Origin: Trichormus sp. ATA11-4-KO1
GTDB taxonomy: Bacteria; Cyanobacteriota; Cyanobacteriia; Cyanobacteriales; Nostocaceae
Reading direction: 5' to 3'
Assembly: GCA_019358915.1 (NCBI GenBank)
Contig: JAHHIM010000065.1
Span: 305,453-369,452, forward strand
DNA: 64,000 nucleotides
Part shown: in pieces, positions 61,830 through 64,000 of the stretch
Numbering within the stretch: position 1 is the stretch's first letter
Layout of the letters: every line of letters begins with the position of its first letter
Notes under the pieces: generated by a model
Seen by the model: the letters and a program-made list of their open reading frames with translations, nothing else
The model's database searches: none
What the model was told of the DNA's origin: nothing
Position numbers and translations under genes: made by a program

Positions 61830-62693
61830 TTAGTAAGGTGGATAATCGTCTTCATCAGCATAAATATAAGAACTGGAAACTCCAGCCATTGCTATCTTGG
61901 GCGTTTCTACTTTGATAGCTTCCTTACCAAACTCCTTATGGTCTTCAAAAGACTTGCAGATCATTGCAGATTCCACAGAGTCTGAGGCGATTAGGTATTG
62001 GGTTAACGTTCCTACAGTGGGATGTTTGTAGTCCACTGTTGAAGCCACCATCACAGTATTTGGTTCAATGCCTCTTTCTTCACACTCAATTATCGGACAA
62101 AAGATCCCATGAGCATGGAATAATGGGCCTTTTGGTGTTACTGGTTGCTTGCGGTATACAGCATAAGCTCTTTCTAGTTCAGCCACGAATCCACCGACGA
62201 CTCTTCCTTGTTGAAATTCGCAGTAAGTCTTACTGAAACTTGCTCCGGCGGCACCGTTAAGAGTTAATTGTAATGGTGATTCGTGTAAAAACTTTTTATT
62301 TTCTCCTACCAAATAAATTAGGTAGCGAGTAAAGGTTTTAAATTTAAGTTTGTCTGCTAAAAAAGCATCATAATTTTCTTTAAGAGTACCCAGTTTGTTA
62401 CCAGTTTCCCTGTCTTTGACAGACAAAGGCCCCCGGCGGACTATAACTAACTTTGGAGTAGTAGTAATAAAAATCGTTTCTACTCCAGAGGTAAATTCAT
62501 GCTCCACCTGTTGCCAATTTTCATCTGGCTGAAAACCCACAGCATTGGCATTATCCAGCTTAATCGCCAAACCGTGAGGCTGGATGCCATCTGTGCCATA
62601 CCGAGGATTAATCATCTGACACCAAGGGATGACTTGAGAGGGGGGGGCGTTAAATTTCTCGTCCTCAAAGTCGAAATTAGCAGATGCTTTCAT
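61830..62693 (-). CDS. Conserved hypothetical protein (DUF5895-like)
   Basis: IPWCQMINPR, RYLIYLVGENKKFLHESPLQLTLNGAAGASF; acidic C-terminal tail; family assignment from recall. Confidence 0.7.
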   Translation of the reverse strand: MKASANFDFEDEKFNAPPSQVIPWCQMINPRYGTDGIQPHGLAIKLDNANAVGFQPDENWQQVEHEFTSGVETIFITTTPKLVIVRRGPLSVKDRETGNKLGTLKENYDAFLADKLKFKTFTRYLIYLVGENKKFLHESPLQLTLNGAAGASFSKTYCEFQQGRVVGGFVAELERAYAVYRKQPVTPKGPLFHAHGIFCPIIECEERGIEPNTVMVASTVDYKHPTVGTLTQYLIASDSVESAMICKSFEDHKEFGKEAIKVETPKIAMAGVSSSYIYADEDDYPPY

Positions 62694-62921
62694 CTTTTTA
62701 GGCTATCAAAAGTATTTTGCTAAACAAGTTTATCAGGATGGGAATGAGTAGGGTGTTGCTGGTGGGGGTGCTTCTTTCAACCAAATTTCATTTTAGTCTT
62801 TCGTATCCATTTTAACTAACACTCTACTGAAATTCTCAATCAATTCATGGTAAGTTAAGCAATATTAACTGTTTGGAGAACGTTGAGCGCAATTTAGAGG
62901 TAATACTTTTGTATCATTTAA

Positions 62922-63071
62922 TTGGAAAATGATACACATTCTGAAGTAGATTTTAATAACAGCACCAGCACCAGGCGACTGGAAGTCACAGCTACACAGG
63001 TGTTTAAAGAACTACTCACCAATTTCTTCCCGGATTTCATCGAACTCTTTCTTCCTGATGTCAGCAGTTGA
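62922..63071 (+). pseudogene. Fragment of Rpn-like (recombination-promoting nuclease / DUF4351-associated) gene
   Basis: Hand translation ...QVFKELLTNFFPDFIELFLPDVSS** resembles the DRLFKELLxxFFxEFIELF N-terminus of this family; tandem stops follow. Confidence 0.55.
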
Positions 63072-63107
63072 TAGAACCAGTCCACAAATAAGACAGCCCT
63101 AATAAAC

Positions 63108-63752
63108 TTAAGAGTAATCTTGCTTAATAAACAAAGCACGATAAACAGGTTCACCTTTGTTTTGAGTACCTATTTCCCGCTCTGTCGGGACTGGTAGCGG
63201 GTTTTGTGCTAGCCATTCTTCTGTACTCAGTCGCTCAAATGCAGGATTTTCTGCAAAGCGATCGCGCATTTCTACTGCCACAAATTCTATATCTGATTGC
63301 AGAAATACCATCCCCCCAACTGCCAGATAATTAGCTAATTCTGCGACTAATTCTGGTTGCACTACACGGCGTTTAGCATGGCGGGTTTTAAACCAAGGGT
63401 CAGGAAATTGAATTGTGACACGCTGTAAAGTTCCTGTAGGTAGAGAAGATAACAGCGATCGCAATGAGTTATTCACATTGCAAAATAAATAGTGCAAATT
63501 AGTTAAACCCAACTCAGATCGTAACTGGTTCGCCTCCACCACCAATGGTTCCCGAATTTCCAAACCCAGAAAATTCCAGTCTGGTGCTATCTGTGCCATT
63601 TTTAACAAAAACCTTCCCTTAGCGCAGCCAATATCTATATGTAGCGGTTGGCTGGGCTGTGTATAAACTTTTTCCCAGTCTAAGGGACTTGCTGGTGTTT
63701 GATACTTTTTGGCAAGTGGATTAACATGTTGGCGGACTCGGACTACTGCCAA
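63108..63752 (-). CDS. trmB: tRNA (guanine-N7)-methyltransferase
   Basis: [40 protein letters not shown] at 63752 follows RBS AAAGGAG. Confidence 0.95.
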   Translation of the reverse strand: MAVVRVRQHVNPLAKKYQTPASPLDWEKVYTQPSQPLHIDIGCAKGRFLLKMAQIAPDWNFLGLEIREPLVVEANQLRSELGLTNLHYLFCNVNNSLRSLLSSLPTGTLQRVTIQFPDPWFKTRHAKRRVVQPELVAELANYLAVGGMVFLQSDIEFVAVEMRDRFAENPAFERLSTEEWLAQNPLPVPTEREIGTQNKGEPVYRALFIKQDYS

Positions 63753-64000
63753 AGTTGATACTCCTTTAAGTAACAAAGTGAAATCTTGCTAGCAATTAAA
63801 TAGATTTAAAGGCGTTATCATCAAATCAATTAACAATAATAATTTTAGTCATAATCAACAGCTTCTAAGATATATTATAGGACTTACGCATTGACAAAGT
63901 GGCAAAAGAGTGGATTGATAAAAAGTATCATCCAATGAATAGGTATCGGACAATCAGAAAAATCAGCAAACCGTCCACAGCACAATGCAATCTGGAACAT

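Overview
Chromosomal window from a heterocyst-type (Nostocales-like) cyanobacterium. Support: abundant HIP1 octamers (GCGATCGC), heptameric STRR repeats and the sigC-furA-peptidoglycan-binding protein-cobN-cikA block. Most of it is core or metabolic: glk, a TRAP transporter, a pyrF-pyrE fusion, CobW+WD40 behind a Zur-like box, tRNA-Pro(CGG), lipA, gpsA, hpt, cobA-hemD, coaE, mltA and trmB. Two accessory regions stand out. (1) A type I R-M operon next to tRNA-Pro has a half-length, apparently chimeric HsdS, a 14-nt tandem duplication at the hsdM/hsdS junction, and a YhcG-like nuclease plus a PIN toxin-antitoxin pair between hsdS and hsdR. Decayed copies of the hsdR start flank the TA pair. (2) An internally deleted Tn554-like tyrosine-recombinase element is bounded by 7-bp direct repeats (ATAATCT) and symmetric TACACAAC boxes, and sits in the loop of a hairpin that re-forms when the element is removed. 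Also notable: an intergenic micro-ORF carrying the PatS motif RGSGR between two exporter genes, a 32-aa single-TM ORF absent from the ORF track, and several MITEs. No CRISPR array or rRNA was seen. All family assignments come from motif recognition; no database searches were run.
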